Positions 22,903-24,112 of a DNA stretch of 24,112 nt are shown here, in pieces. Positions within the stretch are counted from its first letter, which is position 1, and each line of letters opens with the position of its first letter. A program made the translations under genes and the position numbers. Below the pieces are notes generated by a model. That model made no database searches. It saw nothing but the letters and a program-made list of their open reading frames with translations, and was not told the DNA's origin. The DNA is from Octopus sinensis. Lineage: Eukaryota. The stretch is from the NCBI RefSeq assembly GCF_006345805.1, contig NW_021836493.1:1-24112 (forward strand), given 5' to 3'.

Positions 22903-22975
<73 letters not shown>
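22813..22975. repeat. (CA)n then (TA)n microsatellite
   Basis: Directly visible. Confidence 0.97.
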
Positions 22976-23201
22976 CCTAAAAGAAAAATATAGAAAATTA
23001 TACAAATTTATCTCTTTTCATCATTGCAACAACGACAACAGAAACTGATAGAGTAGAGATTTAAGTCTTTATAATATCTTTCCCCAACACTTAAATGATT
23101 GATAGAAATGAGATGTTTGTTAACTTAAAAAAATATATATTTATAATTGTCAATCGAGTCTTACATGAAGCATAATAGAATAATAAAACTGTATAACAAC
23201 A

Positions 23202-23311
23202 ATGACGATGACGATGAGGATAATAATTATGATGTTGGTGATGATGATGATGGTGGTGGTAGTGGTGGTGGTGGTGGTGGTGGTGGTGGTGGTGACGATG
23301 ATGATGACGAC

Positions 23312-23352
<41 letters not shown>

Positions 23353-23659
23353 GATGATAATGATGATGATGGTGGTGATGATGATGGTGGTGGTGGGAGT
23401 GGTGGTGGTGGTGGTGGTGGTGGTGGTGGTGACGATGGTGGTGGTGGTGGTGATGACGATGGTGATGACGATGATGACGACGACGATGATGACGACGATG
23501 ATGATGATGATGATGATGGTGGTGATGATGATGGTGGTGGTGGGAGTGGTGGTGGTGGTGGTGGTGGTGGTGGTGACGATGGTGGTGGTGGTGGTGATGA
23601 CGATGGTGATGACGATGATGACGACGATGATGATGATGATGATGACGACGACGACGACG

Positions 23660-23691
<32 letters not shown>

Positions 23692-23692
23692 G
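23202..23692. repeat. Compound trinucleotide array (GAT/GGT/GAC)n with internal ~147-bp duplication
   Basis: Directly visible; the marker gggagt recurs at 23395 and 23542. Confidence 0.95.
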
Positions 23693-23836
23693 CAACAACA
23701 TTCTATTTCATTCTTTTGTTCGTTGCTTAAAATTTTCTTTTGTGTCCATACATGTACAGTTTATGTACAAATTGTCGGAAACAAAGAACCTGCAAATAAT
23801 ACTTAGTCATGACTAAGTAACTTCCGAAATGCCTTG

Positions 23837-23870
<34 letters not shown>

Positions 23871-24112
23871 ACTATATATATAACATATATGCCCATGCAC
23901 AGGAATATTTTGGAAGCTACTGGAAGCTTCTTTGCGATGCAAACTCAGAGAAACACCACACACATATGTATATACATATATGTGTGTGTGTGCATGTATG
24001 TATGTTATGTATCTATGTTGCATGAATGTATATATGTATGTATGTATATGTATAGTATATATATATATATATGTGTGTGTGTGTGGTATGTGTGTATATA
24101 TGTATGTATACA

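Noticed and set aside
23147-23701. Poly-Asp/Gly/Val/Met and poly-His ORFs
   Set aside because: Trinucleotide-repeat artefacts with frame-breaking interruptions and no flanking coding context.

Overview
Eukaryotic, very AT-rich, microsatellite-dense, non-coding-looking DNA. The SINE families and (ATGT)n/(TA)n/(CA)n load resemble octopus/cephalopod genomes; this is inferred by recognition, not by search. No intact host gene can be supported, and most long ORFs in the track are translations of simple repeats. The recognisable content is mobile-element debris: a Sola2-like transposase remnant; a ~1.2 kb Penelope-like retroelement with inverted pseudo-LTRs, a decayed GIY-YIG region and a type I hammerhead ribozyme with an intact catalytic core and an unusually long (~50 nt) loop 2; at least three modular tRNA-derived SINE families; a 427-bp TIR element carrying exactly four TTAGGG telomeric repeats; RTE-like remnants; and a 1.3 kb decayed CR1/Jockey-group reverse transcriptase. 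The most interesting items are the Penelope hammerhead/inverted pLTR/terminal hairpin unit (1113-2318) and the TTAGGG-bearing TIR element (10739-11165).
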